This document shows, in pieces, positions 27,249 to 38,533 of a stretch of 64,000 nt of DNA. Below the pieces are notes generated by a model that was not told where the DNA came from, searched no databases, and was given only the letters and a program-made list of their open reading frames with translations. This stretch comes from Entomortierella parvispora E1425 (lineage: Eukaryota; Fungi; Mortierellomycota). Made by a program: the position numbers and the translations under genes. Every line of letters begins with the position of its first letter. The stretch's first letter is position 1. The stretch covers positions 1 through 64,000 of the forward strand of contig BQFW01000011.1 in the NCBI GenBank assembly GCA_020891255.1, read 5' to 3'.

Positions 27249-29684
27249 ATGACCTCAAAGAAGGCGAATCGATTGGATGAAAGAGACCGAGGCGCTCGCA
27301 ACTTGTTGAGAGAAGAACCTGACAACATGGTTCCAAGCGGAGCTATTGACTGGGTGCAGAGGAGGATTGAGCGCGGCGAAGAGATTAGTATGATCACCTT
27401 TAGCCATGCGTTTGGATTGACTCGTGAGGAAGATGCCCATGAGGCATTCACATCTCTCCTTTCTTTGACATTGTTACCAGCAAAGTTGAGGGCTAGTGTC
27501 ATTCATACGTACGAGCTGTGGCGTAAGAACGAAGGTGTCATCTATTGGTCATGGCGAGCGGCAGGGCGCAAGGTGGATGTGTCCACGGGAATGACAGTCG
27601 AAGATTTGGTGGACCGCGGTCAGAGATTCACGAGAAAGATTCTTCGGTCTACTGGTGCTGGGGAAGGTAAGCTAGTGAGCAAGTAATAGGATGTTTTTAC
27701 GAACTTTGCCAGAAAAGCTGATATGGGCTGTTGACTCTTTTGGAGTAGTCGTAGCGCAATCTCAGGGATGGACCTCGACGTCACAGATGCAAGGTTCTGC
27801 GACTGGCGCCACCGCTGACCCTGACCTACTTGGGCTGTTTCGAGACCCAGTCGTGGTTGATCGTTCAAGCAATGCAGATGGTATGCATAGAGCCTATCCC
27901 AGGAGATTCATTGCAGTGATGAATATTCAACTGTTTTCTAATCATTATAGTCAACTATTAGACCAATCCTTGAAGCGCCAGTCTAGGGAAGATGAACGGA
28001 AGGCTAAGGGTAGTAAAGTTCGGAAAGTGATCAAGAATGCTCAAAAGAAGGAGGACAAGTCACACGAAGGTCTCCAGCAAGCACAAGCTCTCCGGCAACG
28101 GCGCACAGAGCGTTTCGAAAATCTGGATGCCAGTCTATTTTGGATCTTGGAATCGTCGGGTCGCGCTGTCGAGAGAGTTTTATATGAGGCGAGTCTCAAG
28201 GAGGGAGCTTCCATTAGGTATACGTTTTGTCCAACGTGTTGCGTGATATATGTTGAATGGAAGAGACTCGGCTATGGATACAAATAGTGGTCTCTTCTGT
28301 CCTTCCTTCTCCATCAATAGTATTAGATCGTACTTGATTGATGTTGCTTGTGAGACGACAAAAGAGCTCTTTTCGGAGGATGAATGGATCGAAATCATGG
28401 AGCATACTTCTTTTGAACTTCCTACATTATCGACTTCGACAGATCAATATCTGGCTGCATTGCGTCTTTGCCTGCTCCGTGGTCGTCATCCAAGGAATGT
28501 GCGGCCCTCCCAGCTACTGCAACAGTCGTTAATTGCAGGTACACAAGGATCGACCGAGGATCACGACCATTGTCTTGCTTTGAAGACGGCCATTGAGTGG
28601 TAACCTTTTTTTTTTAGTTTCTACTATTCCTTGTCGACAGTGCATTGAAGTGATGACGAAAATTGCTAATTTACCTTCGTTTCTACTTTATTAAATATGA
28701 TCAATAGGCACTCCCTTTATAACAAAAAGCCATCGGCGTTCGGAGTGCAGGATCTTTCAGAGGCATGGTGGGCTCGGAAAGCATGGCCCGCATGGCTCGA
28801 CTTGCTTGACGATGTCGAGGGTATTTTCATGGTGGACGGCGAGAAGATGGGTATCGATTCGTCACGGAGGAAGAACAATGGTCGGCAATTCAAATCTGAG
28901 GAGTCCTCAAGGAAGAGAGTGGGCAGGAAGCTGGACCTTGTTTGTCGTGATGAGATAAAAATGCACGACTGGATGGTGGTGGAACGGATGCGTGCTTGGG
29001 ATGCCCAGTCGACAAAGTATCTTAAAGAGATGGACCACGTTGTTGTGCGGGAGACTGTGACGATTGCTCGCAATAGGATGGGCGAGGTACCATCGCAGTT
29101 TAAAAGTACGTGTCGGTTTTTCGGAGGTTATACCGGAGGTGAGTATGGTCGATATCTTTACCCCTGTTATCTCATTCTTGACACCCTTGATTGGAATTGT
29201 TTCTAATGGCTTGATTATGATACGATCTTTTGCCGGATTATGAAGGCTGTGGATTTACCACGATCCAGATAAAGCCGGCAAATTGCATGTCGTATGTACT
29301 CCTGATGGAGCGATCGCCCGTTTTCGTCTTGCCGCCGGTAATAGGAGATCTCGTATCTCAATTTCGCGGCTTGACCAAGATCTTGCAAACACGGGTATGT
29401 GTGTTCTGGTTTCCAGAGGATATTTGATACATGTTACCATTCTAATAATCCCTAGTTATTGTAAGGCTGCGTTGCGTGCTACTATCGAGAAATACAGGGA
29501 GTTGCAGATGGCTACCTTGGAAAATGTCGAGAACGAGGACTATCTTGATGTCGAGGCTGATAACTCGTGGTTATATGAGAAAGATCCAACGGTTGATCTC
29601 AGCAGCAGTATGCTTGTTGCGTCATCTCCCGTAGGCCCTCCAGCATCCCCTTGCGATAGTATCATTGTCAACGAGGAGGAATAG
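27249..29684 (+). CDS. Multi-exon protein with a restriction-endonuclease-like (PD-(D/E)xK, Crinkler-effector-type) C-terminal domain
   Basis: SYLIDV..KELFSEDEWIEI helical motif followed by RKRVGRKLDLV..DWMVVE; GT-AG introns join the ORF pieces. Confidence 0.45.
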
Positions 29685-29879
29685 CCTGGGGTCTTACTGT
29701 GGCTTTCGGCACCGAACACCACAACATTTGGCAGCAGTAAACACAGCGGTAGCTCATTTGTGTAGCAAACTTGTAACAATAAAAAGGACGAATATCCAGC
29801 AAGCACGACTGCACGCAAAAAAGTACCCGATATCTGGCACTCGGCATCGGGTGCTTTTTTTTTTTTTTTTTTTTTTTTT

Positions 29880-30639
29880 TGGGCGGGTGACAACTATATG
29901 GGAACTGACCTAATCGTGTGCCCTCTAGCTTTGTTGGATGGGCACCATCGAGGAGGATGTATGGTGCCAGTTGTAGAACTCTGGGGTCTGAATGCGAGGA
30001 GTAATGATGATGCATGTGTTTTGTCCTGCACCTGGTGAGCAAAAATGTACAGTACAAGATTTTTTGGGTGAAAATGAGCACCCCTTAACGGACTATGCTA
30101 GACCCATGTAAAAATAAGCTATTTTTTTTTCTCTTTCGTGGATTATGGCTTGACGAGTAATGGTTCAATCTTCTTCTCTTGAGCTTTGTTAGATGGGCAC
30201 CATCAAGGGGGATGCATAGCACAAGTTACATACCTTTTAGTTGTGAATGGCAGGAGTAATGGTGATGCATGTGATTTTGTTTGCCCTGATGGGCAGATGT
30301 GTACAAGTAAACTCTGCAGAGAAATGGGCACCCCTTAAGTTTCTCGTGAGGAATCACCGTGGGACGCGTTGGACGCGTTTGGGTGGTATTTTAGAATTTT
30401 GGTTTGTCCCAGTGTATTCTCCTGCCTGAAGAGACTCCCCCTGTGTTCTATCTCTCCCCACCTCTTTGTCACCTTGTCTCTCCGCCTGTCTGTCACTTTT
30501 GTCATCCTACCTCTCTCCCCCCCCGTCTCCCCCCACCCCGCCGTCTCTCTCATCGGCATTCGCAAGTCTTTTCATTCGCAGTAAGGGCACCCCTTAAGTG
30601 CGCGCCCGGCGAAATAAAAAAAGAGAAGTGTTCATAAGA
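29880..30639. repeat. Diverged rDNA IGS/3' ETS-like sequence with an internal ~255 bp duplication
   Basis: GCTAGACCCATGTAAA (~30098) and GTACAAG..TGCAG..GGGCACCCCTTAAG (~30300, ~30585) are variants of IGS motifs; abuts a 28S 3' end. Confidence 0.55.
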
Positions 30640-31038
30640 ACAAATCTGTAGAACAGTGGGCTTAATCTCAGCAGCTCGTATCAACAAGGATACTCGTCTG
30701 CTTACAATACCCCGTTCAATTAAAGTCGTCTGCAATGGATTTATCTCTTCCAATATTTGAAATTAACATTAGCAGGAGCCTCATAAAGCCTTTCCGCTCT
30801 ACAAGACCACCCCACGTAATATGATTCAGGAGCCGAAGCTCTATTCGTATTCAACTAAAAATCGGAAAAGGCGGTAATCGTCGCGTTCTAGCACGGATTC
30901 TGACTTAGAGGCGTTCAGCCATAATCCAACGGATGATAACTTCGGGCCATTGCCTGCTCTGGCAGGCCCAAATACCAATTATCCGAATAAAGTGTTCCTC
31001 TCGTACTAACTTTAATTACTATTGCAACAACATTTCAT

Positions 31039-31093
<55 letters not shown>

Positions 31094-31137
31094 ATTAGTG
31101 GGTGAACAATCCAACGCTTACTGAATTCTGCTTCAGT

Positions 31138-31173
<36 letters not shown>

Positions 31174-31208
31174 AACGTCGCTATGAACGCTTGGCTGCCA
31201 CAAGCCAG
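30640..31208 (-). pseudogene. 28S rRNA 3'-terminal relic (569 nt, about 3 substitutions vs 1230-1798)
   Basis: Direct match to the intact 28S; 5'-truncated at GATAA^CTGGC. Confidence 0.95.
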
Positions 31209-31543
31209 CTAGGCATATTAGTCGTGGTGCTCGACTAGCGTCACATGATTATTGCACCCTTATATTTCATGCATCTGACATTCTTTCTGGCAGTAGCTCT
31301 CCTTGGTGTTGACCCTTTCTTTTCTCTTTCCTTTCCCTGCCCTTTCTTTTTCTAGCTTCTTTTTTACTTGATCTCTTGCTTTTTTCTTGCTCCCTTGATT
31401 TTTTCTTGATCCCTTGCTTTTTCTTGATCCCTTGCTATTTCTTGCAACATCCATCTGGCACACCCAAGCCCCTGAAGTAAAATAAAAATCACCCAGTGAA
31501 CAAAACATTGATGCGACCTAGAATGATAATAAAGTAGGAGAGA

Positions 31544-31583
31544 AAGAGCTGACATCGAAAGATCCCACGAGCCAGTTGTCTCT
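31544..31583 (-). pseudogene. Miniature degenerate 28S relic with a ~31 nt internal deletion
   Basis: AAGAGCTGACATCGAAAGATC + CCACGAGCCAGTTGTCTCT vs 28S AAGAGCCGACATCGAAGGATC ... CCACAAGCCAGTTATCCCT. Confidence 0.6.
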
Positions 31584-31586
31584 AAT

Positions 31587-31746
31587 GAGTATGAGGACCC
31601 TGTTATATGTAACAGGCTCATTTAACATCGTTACATAGAGGTGCTATGACGTCACACCGTGGCATTCAAGGAATCACGTGCCGTAATTTTTTTTCTTCGT
31701 TTTTTCGCGTTGTTGTCGCGTCGCTTTTCGTGCTTTTTTTTTTCCT

Positions 31747-31798
<52 letters not shown>

Positions 31799-32950
31799 TC
31801 GTTCTTTCTTTGTTTATTATGGGCGAGCAAACGTTGATTGAGGCCTTAGGCGAAAGACACAACGTGGGCATTGCCAGACACCTATGCACTCTTTTGAAAC
31901 TGTCGTCACGCCGCCACGTTTACGCTGTACCATTATTTTGGTTGCCCATCCGACTCCGCGTGCCTGTGTGTTGCCCATTCCACTCGAATCGCGCTCGATT
32001 TCTTGGCGTCCGTTGGGATAACCGTCGCAGGACGTGTGGTTGTAAGTGCTAAGTCCGGGGTTGGCTGGATTGAATTCTTGAATCGAGGATCCCGGATCAA
32101 GATAGGTGATCTCAGACAACCATTCCCGATATGCTTCAGGTTTATCCGTACAAGGAAGTGTCGAAGAGGAGTCCGGAGCAGGGTCTGGAGAAGAAACTGA
32201 GGAGGGGACGGAGGAGGAGACCGGAGAAAGGGCGAAGGAAGAGCCAGAGGAAGAGACCGGGCAGGGGGCAGGGGAAGAGGCGGAGGAAGAGGCGGAGGAA
32301 GAGGCGGAGGAAGAGGCGGAGGAAGAGGCGGAGGAAGAGACCAGAGAAGGGGCCGATGAAGGGACGAAAGAAGACACCGAAAGACCCAGAACTAGCGGTT
32401 CTAGACAAGGTGACTCTATGGAGAAGTCATCAAAGATCTGAGGACGATGAGTGACAAATTCTTTTCAATTGGACATAGCAAGGAGTATGGTGGCGCAACT
32501 AACCTGGTTTTGATCAATTCCATCAATGCCTTCTTCCGGTGATAGGTCTTCTAGACTTGTATGGCTTTTGGGGGACATCCTACTCTTCAACAAGTAATAG
32601 GTAATAATGTATTGTCAGGATCGGGTCTCAACGCGATCCATGAACTATACGAGGCTCGAACTATACCACTGAACCCACCTCTTGTTCCAAAATTGCTATC
32701 AGGCGTTCGTTGTGTTTCCTGACAAGCTCAGCGTACCCTACCGCGAACTCAATGCCAGCCTTGAGCCTTTCTATCTCTGACGTTTTGGGGGTATACGACG
32801 ACATGGTACTCATTGATGAGGGATGCAACCGTTGTTACATGTTACATGAACGAATATCAATAAACATCACGTGGTGATACATATGTGGCAGTCACATAGT
32901 GTGTTACATACGATGTTACATGAGGCCTGTTACATATAACTAGGACCTCT
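31587..32950 (-). mobile_element. Non-autonomous GCM-MULE derivative with imperfect ~45 bp terminal inverted repeats
   Basis: Inverted repeats at ~31591-31640 and ~32900-32947; internal ORF 31817-32377 DGYPNG..GVGWATK..KECIGVWQCPRC..LRP is homologous to the GCM domain at ~20800-20960; truncated at a (TTTC)n tract. Confidence 0.6.
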
Positions 32951-33120
32951 CCTCTGGTGTCCCTTGATCTCTTCCCAGTGTCCCTTGATAGTGGGAGTCC
33001 TTCGGTGGTTCGTTGATGGTGCGTATTGATGCTTTCCCTTGAAGATTCGTCTCTTGGTGTATCACTCCTTGTGCCTCTTTGATTGTTTTTCCCCGTAGCC
33101 CTTGATATTTTTCCAGGATC

Positions 33121-33265
33121 CGCTCCTCACTGCCTTCGCTCCTCACTGCCTTCGCTCCTCACTGCCTTCGCTCCTCACTGCCTTCGCTCCTCACTGCCTT
33201 CGCTCCTCACTGCCTTCGCTCCTCACTGCCCTCGCTCCTCACTGCCCTCGCTCCTCACTGCCCTC
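33121..33265. repeat. 16 bp minisatellite (CTCCTCACTGCCTTCG) x ~9
   Basis: Read directly from the sequence. Confidence 0.9.
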
Positions 33266-33654
33266 AATTTTCCCTTGTCCTTTTTTTTCTTGCTTCCCTT
33301 TGATCTTTTTTAAATCCATATCTTTTTCTCTCTCTGTGAATAACTAATCTTATTATTTGCTCTTTACGACCCTCACCTTGTATATAAGACGTGGCACCTT
33401 CCGTGTCCTGCAGTGCTACGCTCCTCTCCTACATCAAGACTCCAAACTCGAATAGCACTTACGACATCAGCAACAACTACTGTAAGGACCCTCCGAAGCA
33501 TCGTCATAAGAACAGCCATCAAACCGATCTCCTTTGGAATACTCCCACTAGAAGACCTGAACAACTCTGAACACGCCGGTATTTCTTAACTAGACTCTTT
33601 TCACTATTTTTTACCTCAACACATTACAGTTGTCCCAGAATCACAGGAACTACC

Positions 33655-33930
33655 ATGAAAGCTGGTCAAATTATCGCCTTGTTTGTATTCGCCAGCAGTT
33701 GCTCTGCCCGAATTTGTCAAGATGGGACCTTGATTGCCCCATGTATGGGTCATTCTGATGCCGAGAAAAGTTGCATTGATTTTTGCAGAAAAGTCAATCC
33801 GGATGGGTGCCATGTATTGAACACTGGATGTGTGGTCAAGGCATCGTGTGAGAAATCTGAAAGCGGTTTTCAATTTCATGGTTGCTGCGAGTGCGGATGT
33901 CTGAAAGGAAACCAAAGATGTGAACACTGA
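33655..33930 (+). CDS. Small secreted cysteine-rich protein (91 aa, 12 Cys in the mature part)
   Basis: Hydrophobic signal peptide MKAGQIIALFVFASSCSA; C-terminal GCCECGC. Confidence 0.75.
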   Translation: MKAGQIIALFVFASSCSARICQDGTLIAPCMGHSDAEKSCIDFCRKVNPDGCHVLNTGCVVKASCEKSESGFQFHGCCECGCLKGNQRCEH

Positions 33931-34621
33931 AAGTATTGGTACCGGGTAGTGCAGCTGCACTAGGCCTACTCCTTAGTTATTATTTTTAGTTCATGAATTC
34001 GATAGACAGGCTCGTCATTATCTGTTCTGAACACCGAGAGATTAAAACAATTCTTCGTTGCCCACTCCTTTTTTTTGGGTCACAAACTGCTGCCCTAGGG
34101 AGTTCTGTGCCACGAGGAGCACCACCACCGGAAAAACGGGTGCCCCCCCTTCTTTTGTCACACGCGTACCAGCAGTTATGTCCATCCTGGCACTTATAAG
34201 AGGCATGTCTCCTCTTCGAAAATAAATTTGTGTATTTAAGATTCTCATGTTCTAGAAGATGACGACCTGCATTTTGATCTATTCTCCACCGAGCTACCAC
34301 TTGCGAAATGTACACAGTACGATCTTGTTATGCATTCTAACCCTGCACACAGCCCATAAACATGTGCGCACGAGCTTCATACACCATGCACATGCCATGC
34401 CGAGTTGATATAATTAAACCCGCTAGTAAAAATAAAGGTTAGAGCAGGTGAAAAAAGTTGACGGAAATGTGGATATTGAAAGCAGCACAATCCAGGCAAT
34501 AATTACGTCACCGAAACGTAGCTATCGCACCAGAAAGTTCCGCAATCTGCGGGTTGAGAACGTTGGCTGACGAACAAAGGGGGGGAGAGAGAGATTGGGA
34601 AGCCTAGTCTGCTACAGTCTG

Positions 34622-36077
34622 CTACAGTAAGATCCTTGCTTCTTTTCTCGGTCGGGCACCTTCCTCTTCACCTCCCTGCTCCTTTTCGACTTGCCTCTTC
34701 TTGCTGTTATCGTTGCCAGCAGTGCCATCGAGGGCAGTAACGGTGGCAATGACATTGGAGATGGCGGTGGCCATGGCGGTGCTGGAAGTGATATCTTGAG
34801 CGGTGGTGGTAGTAGCGACAGCCGTGGTGGAGAAAGCTGCGGTGGCAATGGCGGTACTGGAGGAGGTGCCTTGTGCGGTGGCAGTCGTCACGACAGACGT
34901 GGTGGGGAAAGTGGTACTGTCCTTCTCTTCACAATCACACTCTTTCTCCCATGGGTGATGTCCCTTTGCACAAACGGGCTGCAAGTACCTTGGACGGCGT
35001 TGGTGGATGAGATATTCTTTGACCACATTGCACATGTTGTCCGCAGCCATGATGTCTCTATGCATCGGCACTCCACAGCCCCGGCAAAATAGTCGCCTGA
35101 TGTTAACTTGCGAAACGAATTGGTGGCAGACCGGGCACTTTTTGCTGGTGTAGTACTCGTTAATGCCGACTACGATATAACCCAGAGACCGCAGCTATTG
35201 GTGGTTGTACGGTGCAAGACATGTTAATGGCGGAAAATTAGCAAATTGACGCCGTATTTGCAATCATGAATATCTTACCAGGTTTATGAAGTATGCCAGG
35301 AAAGACTCATGCAAGGACGAGAGCCGGTTGTTGCTACCAAATTCGCCGAGGCCAATGCCGATGACGACCATTCTGTCAGCCCTACGTTTCGCGCCAACTG
35401 AGCCACCGATCAGCTTTAAGATACTGTTAGCAATGGTCTTGAACTCTTCCATCCGCGCCCGCCGCTGGTCGAAGTTGTGGCTTTTGAAAATGTGATTGTT
35501 CCCGTTGTAAAAGGAATTGAGACGCTCCTCATTCCTGCGCAAGTGTGTAAAGTATGTACTGATGCTCGCATTTTCACCACTTAGCGGAGGCAACTCGGAC
35601 TCGATTTGGGAGATGGACGTAGATCCTCCTGGAGGGACAAGCCCCTTCTGGCTTTCCATCCAACGTCTGTGCTTGAAAGTGGGCTGCGAGATTGCCTTCT
35701 GCTTTACCGTCAGGTTGTGGAAAACATGGTTCCCCTGGGGTGGAAGCTTTGCAGCAGCGACGGGTGATAAGATCGGCGCTTCTGTGCTCGAACCTGGAAT
35801 GGATGTCCTAGCAGGAGCCTTGCCTTTGGAGCTGTTTTGGGGATTGTTGGAGCTGTGGAATATCGCACTCGCAGCTACCGTGAATGCTTGGCCAAGGTCA
35901 AGACACACGATATCAACGTCCTCGGCAGGATAATCCGGCCAGAGTCGTAGTACATCCTCTTTCGTCTTCAGTACGTTGCGAATCTCTGTCAAATAGTGGC
36001 CCGTACCTCCCACTACAGAAGTAAGGCGAGGGGGTAGCTTGGCTTCTGGAAGGCGCCTGAACTTCACCGTTTGAAGT
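34622..36077 (-). pseudogene. Fanzor/TnpB-like RuvC nuclease, 5'-truncated 3' half with intact catalytic motifs (intron 35195-35278)
   Basis: CLDLGQ (RuvC-I D); VVIGIGLG; GINEYYTSKKCPVC..CRGC (E plus zinc finger); HRDIMAADNM (RuvC-III D); splicing restores a continuous frame. Confidence 0.8.
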
Positions 36078-36189
36078 TACACACTGCGATATTTTCACTT
36101 ACAGAATGAGTGTTGGGACAAGAAGAAGGATCTTATTGCTTCCTCCTCGTTGTCCCTTTTTCTAGGGCCACCTGGGAGATGACTCGTCA

Positions 36190-36660
36190 AAGGGGGGATG
36201 GGATTGACTCTAACAGTCACTGCAGGTTGTCCATGACTTCCAGGGCATGTAAAAAATATGACTTTCACACCATGTAGAATGGCTCACATAGAGCGGTCTT
36301 TTCTACAGATTGGTTCTAGCACATGTAAAAAATATGGCTTTCACACCATGTACAATGGTGCACATAGAGCGGTCTTTTCTACAGATTGGTTCTAGCACAT
36401 GTAAAAAATATAGCTTTCACGCCGTGTAGTGCCCAGAGAGGACATTCTACACACTGGTTCGATGCTGTGTTTGTGCAAAGACCTTTTCTTCGGATATGGA
36501 TTCTCTTATTGTCATAGTTTGTTCTTGTGTCTGGACTTGTTCTTCGGTTCCTTGGACAATCCGGGTTCTGGTGCCACCTTCACCATCCTTGGAGGGCGAT
36601 GCATTCCTCTGCTCTTCTACTCTCTTTCGGATTCGTGATAGTAGGTCAGCACACTCCATA
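36190..36660 (+). repeat. Dispersed repeat with 76 bp tandem units (x2.5); second copy inverted at ~62690-63200
   Basis: CATGTAAAAAATAT..TTTCAC..AGAGCGGTCTTTTCTACAGATTGGTTCTAGCA units at 36246, 36322, 36398. Confidence 0.75.
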
Positions 36661-38227
36661 TCCATTTTTTTTTTTTTTTTTTTTTGGACGAGTCGAAGGC
36701 AAGATCTCCTCCTCTACGTTCTGGATCAACAGCTCGTCCCTAGGATCCTTTTGGAGTTCGTTTTGGAAGGCTCTCGAACAGTACAGTCCACAAAGAATCT
36801 TGCTCACGACGTTGTCCCCTCTCCTGCTGAAGCAAGGTTTGCTCAGCTACCTTTGCCTCAGAGTCCTCAATACCGAGTTGTTCAATTGTGAGCTCATCGA
36901 CCAATGTTTTGTCGAGCGACTCGTGCCCATCCTCTGCTGTTAATTCGTCCCTTTGTATACTGTATGTGTCTGTGTAGTAGCCGTTCGGAGTGGCGGGATC
37001 ATAGACGCTAGGATTGTGGACACGCGCTGTACTAACTGACGGCCTTCCAGCAGACTTTGTGCCCCACGGATACTCGTTTGATCACAGAGTCCTGAGGTCA
37101 TAAGGCACAGGAGGACCATCAGAAGTGGCTCTCAGAGTTGGGAAGATCGAACTCCTGCTTTACTGAGTCTCACCCGGCTCTGGAGGAGTGCCAACACCTC
37201 CGTTGCCTTGGGGGTCGCGCGCCATAACAGTGGCAATGACGGCGAGGATAAGGATGATTGCCTTGATATTCATGGCTAGGAGTGATCAAGAATGCAATGA
37301 AGGTTTTAATCACTGATATGGTTTGGTGCTGAAGGACGAAAAGGAGTATATTTTTTAGTAAACTTACTTGATGTTGTTGAGTGGGAGGAAGAGGATGAGC
37401 TCTGATTTGGAACGCGAATGTCCTTCCCTTTTATACCAATCTTTCTATAATCTGGTCTGCATTCAGTTTTCGCAAAAACGTTAGGAGTGTTGATGCATGA
37501 TTCTGGGACTTTCCGTTTGGCCGGTTTCACCAAATCATGAAGCATGCGGATTTAAGACAGAACCCAAGATTTGCCGGAAGTGTGTACCGGCAGTTGTCCT
37601 GCGCCCGACAGCCCTACCTTATCAAAACCAAGGCAAGGTACATGACCAGCAGGGTGCATGACCAGCAGGGCAAGGTCAAATTTAACTGTAGGGGTTTCTT
37701 GTGTACAGCTCTCGTTGGTCTTGTTGGTCCAACTGGAGAGTTTAACTCTAGGGGGTATCTTGTGTCCAACCTTCCTTTTGAGCGCTCAGTTTTTGTCGTT
37801 GGTCTTGTTGGTCTTGTTGGTCTTGTTGGTAGTCCACAGCTGGACAGAAAGCAGTTTCGTGAGAAAAGCGGAAATGCGCTCTTTGCCGTCAAATTTATCT
37901 CTGGGAGATTTCTTGTGTCCAGCTCTCATATTTTTTCCGTTGGTCTTGTTGCACGGCAGAAACCACATCGAATGTGAGATTTGACTCAATGTGGATCCGA
38001 TTGAGAGATAGAGGTAGTCTATCGGTAGTCTAATTGGAAAAATGTTGGAATAGAGTCCTCCTCAGAGGTTTTGGAAACCTCTGGGGGACTCTAGTCTATC
38101 CATGTCGTTGACGTCATACTTTCGTTTGCATGGGGCAACAAAAAACTCCAATTCGCCCATAAATCTTCGTTTTTTCATCTTCCTTGTTCTTCATTTCCTT
38201 CACTCCCTATCCTCGCATCGCACATTC

Positions 38228-38481
38228 ATGGTCACCGCCGAAGCATCCTTCACTACCTCCTTGGATGGCAAGATTGTCTATCCTCAGGTCCACCGCACTG
38301 ATGTCACCTACTCTCAACACGGCGTGACGATCGCCGATCCTTACAGCGGGCTGGAAAATCGCCACTCTGAGGAGACTAAGGCTTTTATTGACGCCCAGAA
38401 CAGGATCTCGGCTGAGTTCATGAGCAAGTTTAAAGACAAGCAAAAGTTCCGTGAACGGTAGGGACAGCTCCTCATACCTCA

Positions 38482-38533
<52 letters not shown>

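Noticed and set aside
32106-32454. Glu-rich and Arg-rich plus-strand ORFs
   Set aside because: Alternative frames of the 12-bp GAGGCGGAGGAA repeat within the minus-strand GCM ORF
31575-32964. 9-bp TSD (GTTGTCTCT / GGTGTCCCT) around the GCM mini-element
   Set aside because: Two mismatches, the right copy is part of a local duplication, and the right flank does not continue as 28S
36700-37273. Signal-peptide ORF (MNIKAIILILAVIATVMA) on the minus strand
   Set aside because: In-frame stops after 37 codons and no convincing splice rescue; at best a pseudogene
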